Position numbers and translations under genes: made by a program
Part shown: in pieces, positions 38,885 through 49,245 of the stretch
Layout: the number at the start of each line of letters is the position of its first letter
How positions within the stretch are numbered: position 1 is the first letter of the stretch
Notes under the pieces: generated by a model
The model's database searches: none
What the model was told of the DNA's origin: nothing
Seen by the model: the letters and a program-made list of their open reading frames with translations, nothing else
Origin: an uncultured Bacilli bacterium
Lineage (GTDB): Bacteria; Bacillota_I; Bacilli_A; RF39; UBA660
Assembly: GCA_934141245.1 (NCBI GenBank)
Contig: CAKPCB010000007.1
Location: 4,032 to 68,031 of the forward strand
Direction of reading: 5' to 3'
Length of the DNA: 64,000 bases

Positions 38885-40600
38885 TTATACCTCTTTTTTG
38901 TAAAATGTTTCTATTTTTTTAGAAAAGCTTGGTTCAACCATCTCTATTGCTCTAGTAGAAACCTCAAGTGAATGTTTATAATCACCTTTATAGAAGAGAA
39001 TTTCAGCACGATTCAAAGCATGTGCAACATTTTCATAATCACTTCTAAATCTGTTTCCATAAACAATGGATGCTTCAGACATTTTCGCAAGCCTTATAGT
39101 TTCATTAGTAGTATTATAAAGTTTTAATACCAAATCTCTTGCTGTATCTACTCTTGTATTTAAAACATTAATAACAATAGGCTTTTTTTCTAATTCTTTA
39201 ATAACTTCAAGAATAGATTCATTTGCTTCAGACAGCTCAACAAAATAATTATTAGTAATTATAGGCAATTTATAACTTCTAATCTTAATCTTTGATTGCT
39301 TTAAAAGCTCTTGAATTTCATCTAATTGTTCCCTCGCTCTTACTTCATCCTCATACATATTACCTAAAGATTTTAATGCTTTATCTAAATCATCATCTAT
39401 TTTCTTTAGTCTATTTGAAAATTGTTTTATATCATCAACAATCTTCGAATATGGAATTTTTCTTTTCTTTAAATCTTTTATTCCTGTTTTATAATCTCTA
39501 TTTAAGTCTAGTAATGAAGAATTAACTTCATCAATTATTTTAACATCCTCATCACTTAAATCGTAAAGATTTTTTATGGAATCTAATTGACTATAAATAT
39601 CCGCCACAACATTATTTACTTTTTCTAGCTTTCTCTCAAATATTGGAGCCTCTTCTTCAAATTCTTTTCTGGAATTTTTTTCATTCTCAAAATCTGTAAA
39701 TAGTGAATCCAAATATTCAAGCATAGTTTTCAACTCAAAAAGGCAATCTTCTAAATTTAAAACTTTAACTCTATCCAATATATCATTAACATGTTTTGTT
39801 GTTTCTTCAATATTATAAGGGATTTGTAAATAATCAAGTGGATAATCTTTTTTTACCATTTCATCATAAACACTATTAATTTGCTCAATACGTTTTGGAA
39901 TTAATTTAGTTATAAGCAATACTAAATCTGGAACTTCAGAAATAACAATCCCCATATGATCAACCATTGAATCTATAGCTTTTACTATATGAACTACCTC
40001 ATTATATTCATTATGTTCCATTGAAACTTCAAAATCATTAAAACGCTTCTCAATATTTTCAAATTGCAATTCTATAATCTCAGAAATACTGTCATATTCC
40101 TTCTTATGTATTTCAAAAGAATTAAGAAGTTCTCTATATCTAGTTTTTAATTTAATTATTATACTTCTATACTTTTCTTCGCTTAAAGTAATTTCTTTTA
40201 TTTCATCCAAAAGTGTATCAGCTAATACTTTTGCTTTAGAAATTTCTATTTCAATATGACATAATTTTTGAAGTGTATCACTATATTTTCTTTTTCCATC
40301 ATCGAAATCTAAATCAATAATCATGTCATTTATTCTAGATAAATTATTTTCCTTTAGTTTTTTGAATCTTTCTTGCCATGAATTATACTTCTCTTCCATT
40401 TTTTCATTTTTAATTATTGTCTCCATTTTAGAAAGTTCCGCATCAATTGGAGTTGATTCAATAATGTTTTTTTCTTTATCTAGTTCCTCTATTTTATCTT
40501 TTAATAATTTATATTTTTTCTTCTTTAAAACAATGACTAATATAATAAGAATAATAACTAATAAAGCAATGATAGAACCAACAATAATATTCTTAGTCAT
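38885..40600 (-). CDS. ezrA: Septation ring formation regulator EzrA
   Basis: It has an N-terminal TM helix followed by about 540 aa of coiled coil, 571 aa in total. Its position next to rpsD and tyrS matches B. subtilis. Confidence 0.8.
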   Translation of the reverse strand: MTKNIIVGSIIALLVIILIILVIVLKKKKYKLLKDKIEELDKEKNIIESTPIDAELSKMETIIKNEKMEEKYNSWQERFKKLKENNLSRINDMIIDLDFDDGKRKYSDTLQKLCHIEIEISKAKVLADTLLDEIKEITLSEEKYRSIIIKLKTRYRELLNSFEIHKKEYDSISEIIELQFENIEKRFNDFEVSMEHNEYNEVVHIVKAIDSMVDHMGIVISEVPDLVLLITKLIPKRIEQINSVYDEMVKKDYPLDYLQIPYNIEETTKHVNDILDRVKVLNLEDCLFELKTMLEYLDSLFTDFENEKNSRKEFEEEAPIFERKLEKVNNVVADIYSQLDSIKNLYDLSDEDVKIIDEVNSSLLDLNRDYKTGIKDLKKRKIPYSKIVDDIKQFSNRLKKIDDDLDKALKSLGNMYEDEVRAREQLDEIQELLKQSKIKIRSYKLPIITNNYFVELSEANESILEVIKELEKKPIVINVLNTRVDTARDLVLKLYNTTNETIRLAKMSEASIVYGNRFRSDYENVAHALNRAEILFYKGDYKHSLEVSTRAIEMVEPSFSKKIETFYKKEV

Positions 40601-40727
40601 ATAACACCTCTATTCTTGATTATATTAATAGTTTAACACAAACACAAAAAATTTCCTATAAATTTGTTAAAAAATGTTGTTTTGAAATAATATCAGTTGT
40701 TGCAACATATTACACTGTAAAAAAAGA

Positions 40728-40756
40728 TTGACTCAATTAGAATTATATATTATAAT
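40728..40756 (+). promoter_or_regulatory. Candidate sigma-A promoter of rpsD (TTGACT, 17-nt spacer, TATAAT)
   Basis: TTGACT at 40728-40733, a 17-nt spacer, and TATAAT at 40751-40756. Confidence 0.55.
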
Positions 40757-40933
40757 TATAGTCGCATATTCAATGAATGGCTTTGCAGCTTATTGCTATT
40801 GGTATTGTAATGTGTTTATTACGTTTGTAAGTATCTTATAAAAAGCTGGTAAGTGAAAACATTAAAATAAACTCCCTATGATATCAATACAAATTTCTTT
40901 GTTTATGTAAAAATAAATAAAGGAGGTAATAAA
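40757..40933 (+). promoter_or_regulatory. Long rpsD 5' leader (possible S4 autoregulatory site)
   Basis: About 170 nt lie between the promoter and the RBS AAGGAGG. The first part is relatively GC-rich. B. subtilis rpsD is autoregulated through its leader. Confidence 0.35.
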
Positions 40934-41536
40934 ATGTCAAGATATACTGGACCTAGTTACAAGCAAGCACGTCGTGTTGGTTTTTCAGTACTAGAAAACG
41001 GAAAAGACATTGCTAGACGTCCATACGGACCAGGACAACATGGAGCTGATAGAAAAGGAAAATTATCAAACTATGGTGTTCAATTAAAAGAAAAACAAAA
41101 AGTTAGATTTATGTATGGTCTTAATGAAAAGCAATTCAAGAAAACTTTCCTTGAAGCTGGTAAAATGCAAGGAATCCATGGTGAGAATTTCTTAAGATTA
41201 CTTGAATCAAGACTTGATAACTTAGTTTACCGTTTAGGATTTGCATCTACTCGTCGTGGTGCCAGACAACTTGTTAATCATGGCCATATCTTAGTTAATG
41301 GTAAAAAGGTTGATATTCCTTCATACAGAGTTAAACCTGGCTCTACTATAACTTTAAAAGATAAGGATAAAGATTTAAAAGTTGTTAAAGAATCTCTAGA
41401 AAAAGTAACTAATAGAGTTGAATTCGTTACATATGACGAAGGTAAAATGATTGGTACTTATGTTAGAATGCCTGAGAGAAATGAATTGAATCCAGACATT
41501 AAAGAAACTCTAATCGTTGAATTCTATAACAGATAA
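40934..41536 (+). CDS. rpsD: 30S ribosomal protein S4
   Basis: The protein starts [16 protein letters not shown] and has an S4 domain ([34 protein letters not shown]). Confidence 0.97.
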   Translation: MSRYTGPSYKQARRVGFSVLENGKDIARRPYGPGQHGADRKGKLSNYGVQLKEKQKVRFMYGLNEKQFKKTFLEAGKMQGIHGENFLRLLESRLDNLVYRLGFASTRRGARQLVNHGHILVNGKKVDIPSYRVKPGSTITLKDKDKDLKVVKESLEKVTNRVEFVTYDEGKMIGTYVRMPERNELNPDIKETLIVEFYNR

Positions 41537-41552
41537 TATTAATATTAAAATT

Positions 41553-41578
41553 AAAAACCGGATTGCTCCGGTTTTTTT
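41553..41578. terminator. Bidirectional intrinsic terminator between convergent rpsD and tyrS
   Basis: AAAAACCGG-ATTGCT-CCGGTTTTTTT, with an A-run on one side and a T-run on the other. Confidence 0.75.
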
Positions 41579-41583
41579 GTTTG

Positions 41584-42810
41584 CTATTTTAATATTATTA
41601 AGTAATATTTCTTTTTACCACGTCTTATTGCAATATACTTATCATCTATCGCTACTGATTTATCTATTAGATAGTTCTCTTCTTTTACAGCATCTCCATT
41701 TATACTTATGGCACCATTGTTAATAAATTCTCTTGCTTCTCTTTTACTAGACGCAGCATGTGATTCAACCAATACATCAATTAATGTTTTGCCAGGTTCT
41801 GTTTCATATGTTGGAACACCTTTGAATACTTCTTCTATTTCTTTTGAAGTTAATTCTTTTATATCTCCATTAAATAATACTTGGCTAAGTTTAAGTGCTT
41901 TTTCATACTCTTCTTTTCCATGAATATCAGTAATAACTTCCCTTGCCAAAATTTTATGAGCTTCTCTTAAACCTGGATTTTCATTATGTCTTTTTTCAAT
42001 TTCTTCTATTTCTTCTTTTGATAAGAATGTTAATTTTTTTAGATATTCTATAATCATAGAATCTTCAAGATTAATTAAATATTGATATAATTCATAACTA
42101 GATGTTTTATTTTTATCTAACCATAAAGCATTTCCCTCTGTCTTACCAAATTTTACACCATTTGAATCAGTTACCAAAGGCATAACCATACCATATATTT
42201 CCTTATCTAATTTTTTACGAACTAGTTCAATCCCAGAAGTTATATTTCCCCATTGGTCAGAACCAGCAACTTGTAGTGTACAACCTCTTTCTTGATATAA
42301 ATGCATGAAGTCTAATGCTTGTAATATCATATATGAAAATTCTGCATATGTAATACCACTTTCTAGTCTTGATTTTACTTTATCTTTGGCAAGCATATAA
42401 TTAATATTAAAATACTTACCATAATCCCTTAAGAAGTCAATTACATTTATATCTTTTGTCCAGTCATAATTATTTACAACTTCAAATCCAAATATTTCTT
42501 CTGCCTGTTTTTTTAGTCCTTTGAAATTATGCTCTACTTCCTCTTTTGATATCATAGGACGTTCAGCAGAAGGTTTTGGATCTCCAATAAGCCCAGTAGC
42601 ACCTCCAACTAAGAGTATTGGATGGTGTCCAGCTTTAGCAAGTCTTTTTGAAATCAAAAATGATGAATAATGTCCAATATGCATAGAGTCAGCAGTCGGA
42701 TCTGTTCCTATATAAAATGTTAAACTTTCATTATTTAATTTATCTATAAGATCTGGACTACTAATATCTTGTATAAGTCCTCTCCATTTTAGTTCTTCAT
42801 ATAAAGTCAT
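41584..42810 (-). CDS. tyrS: Tyrosine--tRNA ligase
   Basis: It has the HIGH-type motif (SMHIGHY), KFGKT, and a C-terminal S4-like domain. Confidence 0.95.
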   Translation of the reverse strand: MTLYEELKWRGLIQDISSPDLIDKLNNESLTFYIGTDPTADSMHIGHYSSFLISKRLAKAGHHPILLVGGATGLIGDPKPSAERPMISKEEVEHNFKGLKKQAEEIFGFEVVNNYDWTKDINVIDFLRDYGKYFNINYMLAKDKVKSRLESGITYAEFSYMILQALDFMHLYQERGCTLQVAGSDQWGNITSGIELVRKKLDKEIYGMVMPLVTDSNGVKFGKTEGNALWLDKNKTSSYELYQYLINLEDSMIIEYLKKLTFLSKEEIEEIEKRHNENPGLREAHKILAREVITDIHGKEEYEKALKLSQVLFNGDIKELTSKEIEEVFKGVPTYETEPGKTLIDVLVESHAASSKREAREFINNGAISINGDAVKEENYLIDKSVAIDDKYIAIRRGKKKYYLIILK

Positions 42811-43035
42811 ATTATCTCTCCTCCTTTTTTAAAATAAAAAGAGATAGTATTCTAAGGACGGGCATTACCCGTGGTACCACCTTAATTCATAGAAAACTAT
42901 CTCTTTACTATATGGCGTAACCCTATCGCTCCAAACTTGTAATTCATATATTTCTAAAGGCTAGTTTACACCATTCACTAACTCTCTTGTGCTTTAGAAA
43001 AATACTACTATAATTCTTCATCGCTTAAATATGCT
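42811..43035 (-). promoter_or_regulatory. T-box riboswitch leader (Tyr specifier UAC)
   Basis: On the minus strand the T-box sequence AATTAAGGTGGTACCACGG lies at about 42869-42887. The specifier-loop context is GAAUUACA, with UAC at 42939-42941. The downstream gene is tyrS. Confidence 0.85.
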
Positions 43036-43039
43036 TATT

Positions 43040-43068
43040 ATCATAGCACTTATGATTTAATTTTGCAA
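43040..43068 (-). promoter_or_regulatory. Candidate sigma-A promoter of the tyrS T-box leader (TTGCAA, 17-nt spacer, TATGAT)
   Basis: Minus strand: TTGCAA at 43063-43068, a 17-nt spacer, and TATGAT at 43040-43045. Confidence 0.55.
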
Positions 43069-43485
43069 TTATTTTTCTTCTTTTTCAAGACGTTTAAGAA
43101 CTTCTTTTACAACTACTATTGCTTTTTGTCTTACTTCGTCAGCGGCTTTTTGTAATACAGGAGTTCCTTTTTCTACTGCAAGATTTACCAATTCTTCACT
43201 TTTTTCCTTAATATCTGCAGCCTTTTTCTTTGCAATTTTTAATGCTTTTTCTTTGTCTAAGTCTTCTAATTCATCTTTGATTTCAGCAATTTTAGTTTCT
43301 ATTGCTTCTTTTACATCTTCTGCATCAATTTCTTTTACTTTTGCAAGTAATTCATTGATTTTTTTCTTTAAATCTTCTCTTGTTTCAGAGCCTTTTTTTG
43401 GTGCAAATAAAATTCCAAGTCCTGCTCCAATTGCTGCACCTAATGCAAACTTTCCTAATCCACTACATTTTTTTTCTTTACTCAT
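43069..43485 (-). CDS. YtxH-domain protein
   Basis: GLGKFALGAAIGAGLGILFAPKKGSETREDLKKK is followed by a Lys/Glu-rich helix. Confidence 0.8.
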   Translation of the reverse strand: MSKEKKCSGLGKFALGAAIGAGLGILFAPKKGSETREDLKKKINELLAKVKEIDAEDVKEAIETKIAEIKDELEDLDKEKALKIAKKKAADIKEKSEELVNLAVEKGTPVLQKAADEVRQKAIVVVKEVLKRLEKEEK

Positions 43486-43786
43486 AAATCTCTTCTCCCT
43501 CTCTTTTTTTTCTTTTTCTTCTGCTTGACAACTTAGAAAAAATACTTACAACTTTTTCTAGTAATCTATCACCAACTGCAGATATTGCAGATGAAGTCGT
43601 GTTTATTGCATTAAAGATTCCATCTAATGATTTTACTTTATTACTAATATCATCTAATAATAAGTTAACTTTATCCAAAGTGATTATAGCTCTTATTATA
43701 AATACTATTAATACAACAAGTAAGATAGAACCTAAAATATACATTATTGTTGGAAATACAACCCCTAACATATTCATATTATTCAT
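43478..43786 (-). CDS. DUF948 (YtxG-like) membrane protein
   Basis: It has a single TM helix followed by a helical region (LDKVNLLLDDISNKVKSLDG...). The ytxG-ytxH order matches B. subtilis. Several in-frame ATGs make the start uncertain. Confidence 0.6.
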   Translation of the reverse strand: MNNMNMLGVVFPTIMYILGSILLVVLIVFIIRAIITLDKVNLLLDDISNKVKSLDGIFNAINTTSSAISAVGDRLLEKVVSIFSKLSSRRKRKKREGEEIYE

Positions 43787-44747
43787 CCTCCGAATCTTGA
43801 TACATTGAATCAATTAAATCAAATAAACTATCTTCAACTTCTTTTTGATCATTATCATTGTTTTTTATTTCTTCTTTTGTTTCATTAGGAACAGAATTAT
43901 TTTTGTCGCTACGTCTACCTGTTGCTTTCTCCTTACTATGGTCTTTATAGTCAACGTTATATTCTAAACCTAAGTCATTAAAATATTCTTCAGCATCTCC
44001 AACTGTAACACTATTTACTACAGGAGAAGAATCATCGGTCAAATCATATAATGTGGTCTCATTTTTTACCTCTTCCACATTTTCTTTATTACTTTCATTG
44101 TTATCAGCCTCATCATCAGACATCATTGATGCTGTTATATCACTAACTAAATCACCATATGCTTTTTCTCTTACTGTATCCACATCAACTTTTTTTGATG
44201 AAGCCTGAGACAATCTTACTTCTTTCTTTTGAACAATTTCTTCCTTTTTATAGTTCTTGTCTAAAATTCCATAGATTGGCGAAATTATAGGTGTTGGTCT
44301 GAAAACCTTTTGTTCCTTTTTATAATCTCCACCCTCATACAAAGTTGAATGAACATATTCATTTTTCTTTTCTTCGGTTTTCATTCCGTATAAATTATCA
44401 TGTTTTGGTTCTTTTTCAACCTCTACATGTTTTTTTGGCTCTTCTTTCTTATATTGATAAGAATCAACTTTAAAATCATCATCTTCAAACGTCATTGGAA
44501 ACTTAAACGATTTTTCAGCCACTCTATTTTCTTTTTCTGTGTATCCTTTTTTTTCAACTCTTTCAACTACTTCTTCTTCGAGCTCAATTTCTCTTGGTGT
44601 CTTTTCCTCTTTAAACTTTGGCATTTCAGGCAAATCCACTTTTTTTGCTATAGTTGCTTTTTCTTTTTTTGTCTTTCTTATTGGTTCTTCAACTTCAACG
44701 TATTCTTCCTCAAAAAATACATTTTTTAGTTTATCAAACACACCCAT
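43779..44747 (-). CDS. Acidic/Lys-rich low-complexity protein with an N-terminal amphipathic helix
   Basis: The N-terminus is MGVFDKLKNVFFEEEYVEVEE. One conserved-looking block, FRPTPIISPIYGILDKNY, is present. The rest is a charged repeat-like sequence. Confidence 0.55.
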   Translation of the reverse strand: MGVFDKLKNVFFEEEYVEVEEPIRKTKKEKATIAKKVDLPEMPKFKEEKTPREIELEEEVVERVEKKGYTEKENRVAEKSFKFPMTFEDDDFKVDSYQYKKEEPKKHVEVEKEPKHDNLYGMKTEEKKNEYVHSTLYEGGDYKKEQKVFRPTPIISPIYGILDKNYKKEEIVQKKEVRLSQASSKKVDVDTVREKAYGDLVSDITASMMSDDEADNNESNKENVEEVKNETTLYDLTDDSSPVVNSVTVGDAEEYFNDLGLEYNVDYKDHSKEKATGRRSDKNNSVPNETKEEIKNNDNDQKEVEDSLFDLIDSMYQDSEDE

Positions 44748-44760
44748 GTTGTCACCTTCC

Positions 44761-45420
44761 CTATTCTATAACATCAAAATCTAATATATCCTGATCTTTA
44801 TCTTTTTTATCATCATAATTATAATACTTTTCAGCATATTCTACAAATGTACTATTTTCTCTCTCTGATTTGAATATATCATATTTTTCTTCTTTATAAT
44901 CCAATGAATTTTCACCAATCAATGTTTCGATAACCTTACGATTATATTGAATGCTTGATAATATATATGCCATATTCATAACAGATTGATTTAAGTTATC
45001 TTTATCAACATATGCCTCTATTTTAGCATAATTATACATAAATTCTATAAAATATTTGTTATTAATTTCTGTTATATCTATATAACCTAATTCATCATTA
45101 AATCTAAGTTCTTTTGATAAATAATTAGTTGTACTAGGTTCAAATGTTTTCTTTACATTGTAATAATATGATACTAAATCAACATATAAATAATATGTAT
45201 CCTTATTGGACATAATCTTTATATTATTATTAGTTTTATTTAGAATCTTCATTCCTCTAGGTATATAAAACTTATATCCATCAAAAATATTATTATATAA
45301 ATCAACATCTTTTTCTATGATTGTTTTTATTGTTTCATCAACTTTAGAATTTTTAAAATCTACAGTTGTACAACCTGCCAAAAGTAAAATAGAAATAAAA
45401 ATAAATATAATTTTTTTCAT
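44761..45420 (-). CDS. Hypothetical lipoprotein
   Basis: ATG 45420 follows RBS AGGTGG. The lipobox is LLAGC. Confidence 0.6.
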   Translation of the reverse strand: MKKIIFIFISILLLAGCTTVDFKNSKVDETIKTIIEKDVDLYNNIFDGYKFYIPRGMKILNKTNNNIKIMSNKDTYYLYVDLVSYYYNVKKTFEPSTTNYLSKELRFNDELGYIDITEINNKYFIEFMYNYAKIEAYVDKDNLNQSVMNMAYILSSIQYNRKVIETLIGENSLDYKEEKYDIFKSERENSTFVEYAEKYYNYDDKKDKDQDILDFDVIE

Positions 45421-45509
45421 ATTCCACCTACTTAGATTCATTATATCAAATATTACAATTAAATACTATATTTTATAAAAAAAGCATATAATTTTTTGTA
45501 AAGTATACA

Positions 45510-46139
45510 TTATTTAATGGCCTTTAAATAATATATTGGATTCCCTTGCGATGAGAATTTTGATTCATATTCTGTTATTGATTCGTTTTCTAACTCACTA
45601 TTATGTAAATCAAGCGATATTTCACTTATTCTATAATTCATTTCATTTAATGATACAATAGATGATTCAAATAATAAAGCGTTATCTGTTTTTTGACAAA
45701 TTACTTTTTCATTTCCAAATACACTTTCATATTTAGACAAAAACATTGTGCTGGTCAACCTTCTCATCCTATGTCTCTTTTTAGGCCAAGGATCAGAAAA
45801 GTTCAAATATATTATACTAACTTCCTTATCAAAAATATTGTCGATATTAATTGCATCATCTATAACTATTTTTAAATTCGGAATATTCTTGGGTATTTTT
45901 TGTATTGCTCTTGCAACTATACTATCAGCTTTTTCTATTCCAACATAATTTATGTTTGGATTTTTTAAAGCCTTAGATACAATAAAATCACCTTTCCCCA
46001 TACCAATTTCAACCTCTATTGGATTTTTATTTTCAAAAACGTTATACCAACGTCCACGATTTTCTTCAGAATTTTTTATAACGTAGTCTGATGAATCTAT
46101 TATTTGTAATTTGTTCTTAACATTTCTAAGTCTCAACAT
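45510..46139 (-). CDS. trmB: tRNA (guanine-N7)-methyltransferase TrmB
   Basis: Motifs present: VEIGMGKGDF and NFSDPWPKKRHRMRRL. The start is ambiguous within the first 3 codons. Confidence 0.9.
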   Translation of the reverse strand: MLRLRNVKNKLQIIDSSDYVIKNSEENRGRWYNVFENKNPIEVEIGMGKGDFIVSKALKNPNINYVGIEKADSIVARAIQKIPKNIPNLKIVIDDAINIDNIFDKEVSIIYLNFSDPWPKKRHRMRRLTSTMFLSKYESVFGNEKVICQKTDNALLFESSIVSLNEMNYRISEISLDLHNSELENESITEYESKFSSQGNPIYYLKAIK

Positions 46140-46205
46140 TATCACCCAAATTATTATATCACATTATAGGCAAAAGCATATAATAAATTAGATAGGGAGG
46201 TTATA

Positions 46206-46439
46206 ATGAATAACGAGAGTATGCTTATGTTTCCACAACCAATGCCAAATACAAACTTTAATTATGAAATAAAAAATATACTTAATCAAATAAATGGATT
46301 ACATCAAGAAATAAGAAGATTGGAAAGAAGAATCCTTAACTTAGAGAAGAATATTATACCTACACCATTAGACGAATTAAAGCCAACTCCTTTGGAATAT
46401 AATAACATGAATTACACAAATGATAATTATATCATTTAA
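46206..46439 (+). CDS. Hypothetical small protein (77 aa, central coiled coil)
   Basis: It has a strong RBS AGGGAGG and its own terminator downstream. Confidence 0.5.
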   Translation: MNNESMLMFPQPMPNTNFNYEIKNILNQINGLHQEIRRLERRILNLEKNIIPTPLDELKPTPLEYNNMNYTNDNYII

Positions 46440-46445
46440 TTATAT

Positions 46446-46473
46446 CATCTGCATTTTATACAGATGTTTTTTA
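46446..46473 (+). terminator. Intrinsic terminator after the 77-aa ORF
   Basis: The CATCTG-CATTTTATA-CAGATG hairpin is followed by TTTTTTA. Confidence 0.55.
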
Positions 46474-46638
46474 TTTTATCTATAGGTATTAACAAGCAGA
46501 TTTATTTTCAATATAAATATATAAGCATATAAATAACATTTTTTATCTAATATACTCAATAATATGTTATTATATATATAGTTAAATAAATATTATTATA
46601 CTATGGTATTTAATACAGTAATGAAAGGAATACATAAC

Positions 46639-47934
46639 ATGAAATTTATTGTTAATATAGAAAAGGAAAAATATGAAGAATTTGTAAAAAGCAATCCAAA
46701 ATCACATTTTCTTCAAAGCTATGCATGGGGGGAATTTGCTTTAACCTCAAAAGGATTAAAACCACATTATGTAGGAGTTATAAACGATGATGGCAAGATT
46801 ATAGCAACGGCCTTACTCCTTGAAAAAAAATTACCACTTGGATATTCATATTTTTATTCCCCTAGGGGTTATGTTATTGACTATTATGATGTCACTACAT
46901 TAACTTTTTTTACTGATGAAATTAAAAAATATACAAAAAAGTATAAAAGTATTTTTACAAAAATAGATCCAGATATAATTTGGTCTATAAAAGATAATAA
47001 CAATAATGAAAAAAGTCTGCCATACGATACAAAAAGAATATTTAATAACATCAAAAATTTAGGATTTAAACATAAAGGATTTACTAAAAATTTTGAAACT
47101 ATGCAGCCAAGATATACATTTAGAATAGATATGGGAAATCAATCAATTGATGAAATAGAATCTAAGTTTTCTAAAACTACTAAACAAAGGATTAAAAAAG
47201 CCAATTCTTTGGATGTAAAAGTAAAGATTGGTGATATCAATGATGTTGAGAAATTTAATGAATTAATGATAATTACAGAGAACAGAAAAAACTTTTTATC
47301 ATATGATTTAAATTATTATAAAAATTTGTATAAAATATATAATAAAGATAATAAGTTTCTCCTATTTATGGGAAGTGTAAATCCTAAGGAAATACTAGAA
47401 AAATATAAGAATTCAGTTGAAAAACTTTCTTCTGAATTAAATAGTTTACCAGAACAAGGATTAAGTAAAACACAGAGCACTCGTAAAAAAGAATTATTAA
47501 GAGAAAAAGAAAATGCAGAAAAAGCAATACTTGAGTATAATCAATATAAAGATAAGGATGAAATAGTTTTAAATGCTCATGCTATTATTATATATAATGA
47601 TAAAGCATGGGTACTATATGCAGGTAATCATAATATACTTACTAATACTTTTTCTAATTATAAAACATATTTTGAACATATTAAATATTGTTATGATAAT
47701 GGTATTAAAACATATGATCAGTTTGGTACAATTGGGGATTTATCTAAAAACAATCCTAGATTAGGACTTCATGAATTTAAGAAAAAATTTGGTGGAGATT
47801 ATGTTGAGTTTATTGGAGAATTTGATTTAATAACAAGACCATTAATGTATTTTGTATTCACAACACTTGTACCATTATTTAGAAAATTTAAAAGAGAAAA
47901 AGCAAAGAAGGGATTAAAAAATGAAATTCGTTAA
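46639..47934 (+). CDS. FemAB-family peptidoglycan aminoacyltransferase (paralog 1)
   Basis: It contains SHFLQSYAWGEF, YSPRGYVIDY and a coiled-coil insert, with the C-terminal GLHEFKKKFGG. I moved the start to ATG 46639. Confidence 0.85.
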   Translation: MKFIVNIEKEKYEEFVKSNPKSHFLQSYAWGEFALTSKGLKPHYVGVINDDGKIIATALLLEKKLPLGYSYFYSPRGYVIDYYDVTTLTFFTDEIKKYTKKYKSIFTKIDPDIIWSIKDNNNNEKSLPYDTKRIFNNIKNLGFKHKGFTKNFETMQPRYTFRIDMGNQSIDEIESKFSKTTKQRIKKANSLDVKVKIGDINDVEKFNELMIITENRKNFLSYDLNYYKNLYKIYNKDNKFLLFMGSVNPKEILEKYKNSVEKLSSELNSLPEQGLSKTQSTRKKELLREKENAEKAILEYNQYKDKDEIVLNAHAIIIYNDKAWVLYAGNHNILTNTFSNYKTYFEHIKYCYDNGIKTYDQFGTIGDLSKNNPRLGLHEFKKKFGGDYVEFIGEFDLITRPLMYFVFTTLVPLFRKFKREKAKKGLKNEIR

Positions 47935-49231
47935 TTTGGAAGAAAAAGAATTTGATAAATTTGCATCAAAACATCCATATACAAGTTTCTATCAGACATC
48001 ATCATGGGGTCACTTAAAAGAATCAAATGGATGGAATATGCATTTATTAGGAGTTAAAGACAATAATAAGGTAATTGCAGCAACATTATTACTTAGTAAA
48101 AAGACACCTATTGGATATTATATGTTTTATGCTCCACGTGGATTTTTAATTGATTATAACAATTTTGAAATTCTTGATTTTTTCACTAAGAACATTAAAA
48201 AATATACAAAAGAAAGAAAAGGTATTTTTATAAAAATAGATCCTTATATATCATATCAAGAAAGAGACATTAATGGAAACATTGTTGAAGGTGGAAAGAA
48301 TAATAAAACTGCATTCGAAAACTTAGTTAAACTTGGATATAAACACTTTGGATTTAATATTATGCAAGACACACTACAACCCAGATGGATGTTTGTAACT
48401 GATACAAAAAATGAGACAACTGAATCTATAATGAAAAAAATGGATCCAAAGACTAGACAGATATTACATAAATGTGAGAGACTTGGTATTTATACAAGAG
48501 AGATTGACTATGAAGAATTACCAAAATTTAAAGATATTATGGAAAAAACTGGAGAAAGAAGAGAATTTATAGATAGACCACTTGCCTATTATCAAGAAAT
48601 GTATAAGCATCTTCATAATAAAGGTATACTTAAAATTTTAGTAGCTGAAATCAATATGAAAGATCTTGTAAGAACAACTAATAATGATATCACAAGATTA
48701 AAAAATGAAATCGAAGAGAGAACTTATAAACACGATAATAATATAATTAAAATGAATGAGTCAAAATATGTATCTAAACAAAAAGAAGCACAAAAAGAAC
48801 TTGAAAGACTTAATAATAATTTAACAAAATATAAATCTTTATTAGAAACCGCTGGTGAAATAATTACTTTAGGTGGAATTTTATTTCTTATAAATGATAA
48901 TGAAGTATTATCACTAGTTGGTGGCTCATACGAAAAATATATGGATTTTCAATCTGCATATGCTGTTCACTTTGCTGGAATGCAATATGCCATAGAAAAT
49001 GGATATGATAGATATAACTTTTATGGTATTGTTGGTGACTTTAATGAAAAAAATGAACTTGGGGGACTATACACATTTAAAAAAGGCTTTAGTGGATATG
49101 TTGTTGAACTAATTGGAGAATTTGATTTAATAATAAGTAAACCTCTTTACTATTTGTATAATATTTCATTTAAAGTATATCATTTCATTAAAAATGTAAA
49201 AGCAAAAATATGTAAAAAAAATGAGAAATAA
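47921..49231 (+). CDS. FemAB-family peptidoglycan aminoacyltransferase (paralog 2)
   Basis: It contains SFYQTSSWGHL, YAPRGFLIDY, a coiled-coil insert and GLYTFKKGFSG. It overlaps paralog 1 by 14 nt. Confidence 0.85.
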   Translation: MKFVNLEEKEFDKFASKHPYTSFYQTSSWGHLKESNGWNMHLLGVKDNNKVIAATLLLSKKTPIGYYMFYAPRGFLIDYNNFEILDFFTKNIKKYTKERKGIFIKIDPYISYQERDINGNIVEGGKNNKTAFENLVKLGYKHFGFNIMQDTLQPRWMFVTDTKNETTESIMKKMDPKTRQILHKCERLGIYTREIDYEELPKFKDIMEKTGERREFIDRPLAYYQEMYKHLHNKGILKILVAEINMKDLVRTTNNDITRLKNEIEERTYKHDNNIIKMNESKYVSKQKEAQKELERLNNNLTKYKSLLETAGEIITLGGILFLINDNEVLSLVGGSYEKYMDFQSAYAVHFAGMQYAIENGYDRYNFYGIVGDFNEKNELGGLYTFKKGFSGYVVELIGEFDLIISKPLYYLYNISFKVYHFIKNVKAKICKKNEK

Positions 49232-49245
49232 TTTGAATCTCATTT

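Noticed and set aside
41517-41723. 68-aa plus-strand ORF overlapping the rpsD stop, the bidirectional terminator and tyrS antisense.
   Set aside because: It crosses an obvious terminator, and its translation is a hydrophobic low-complexity shadow.
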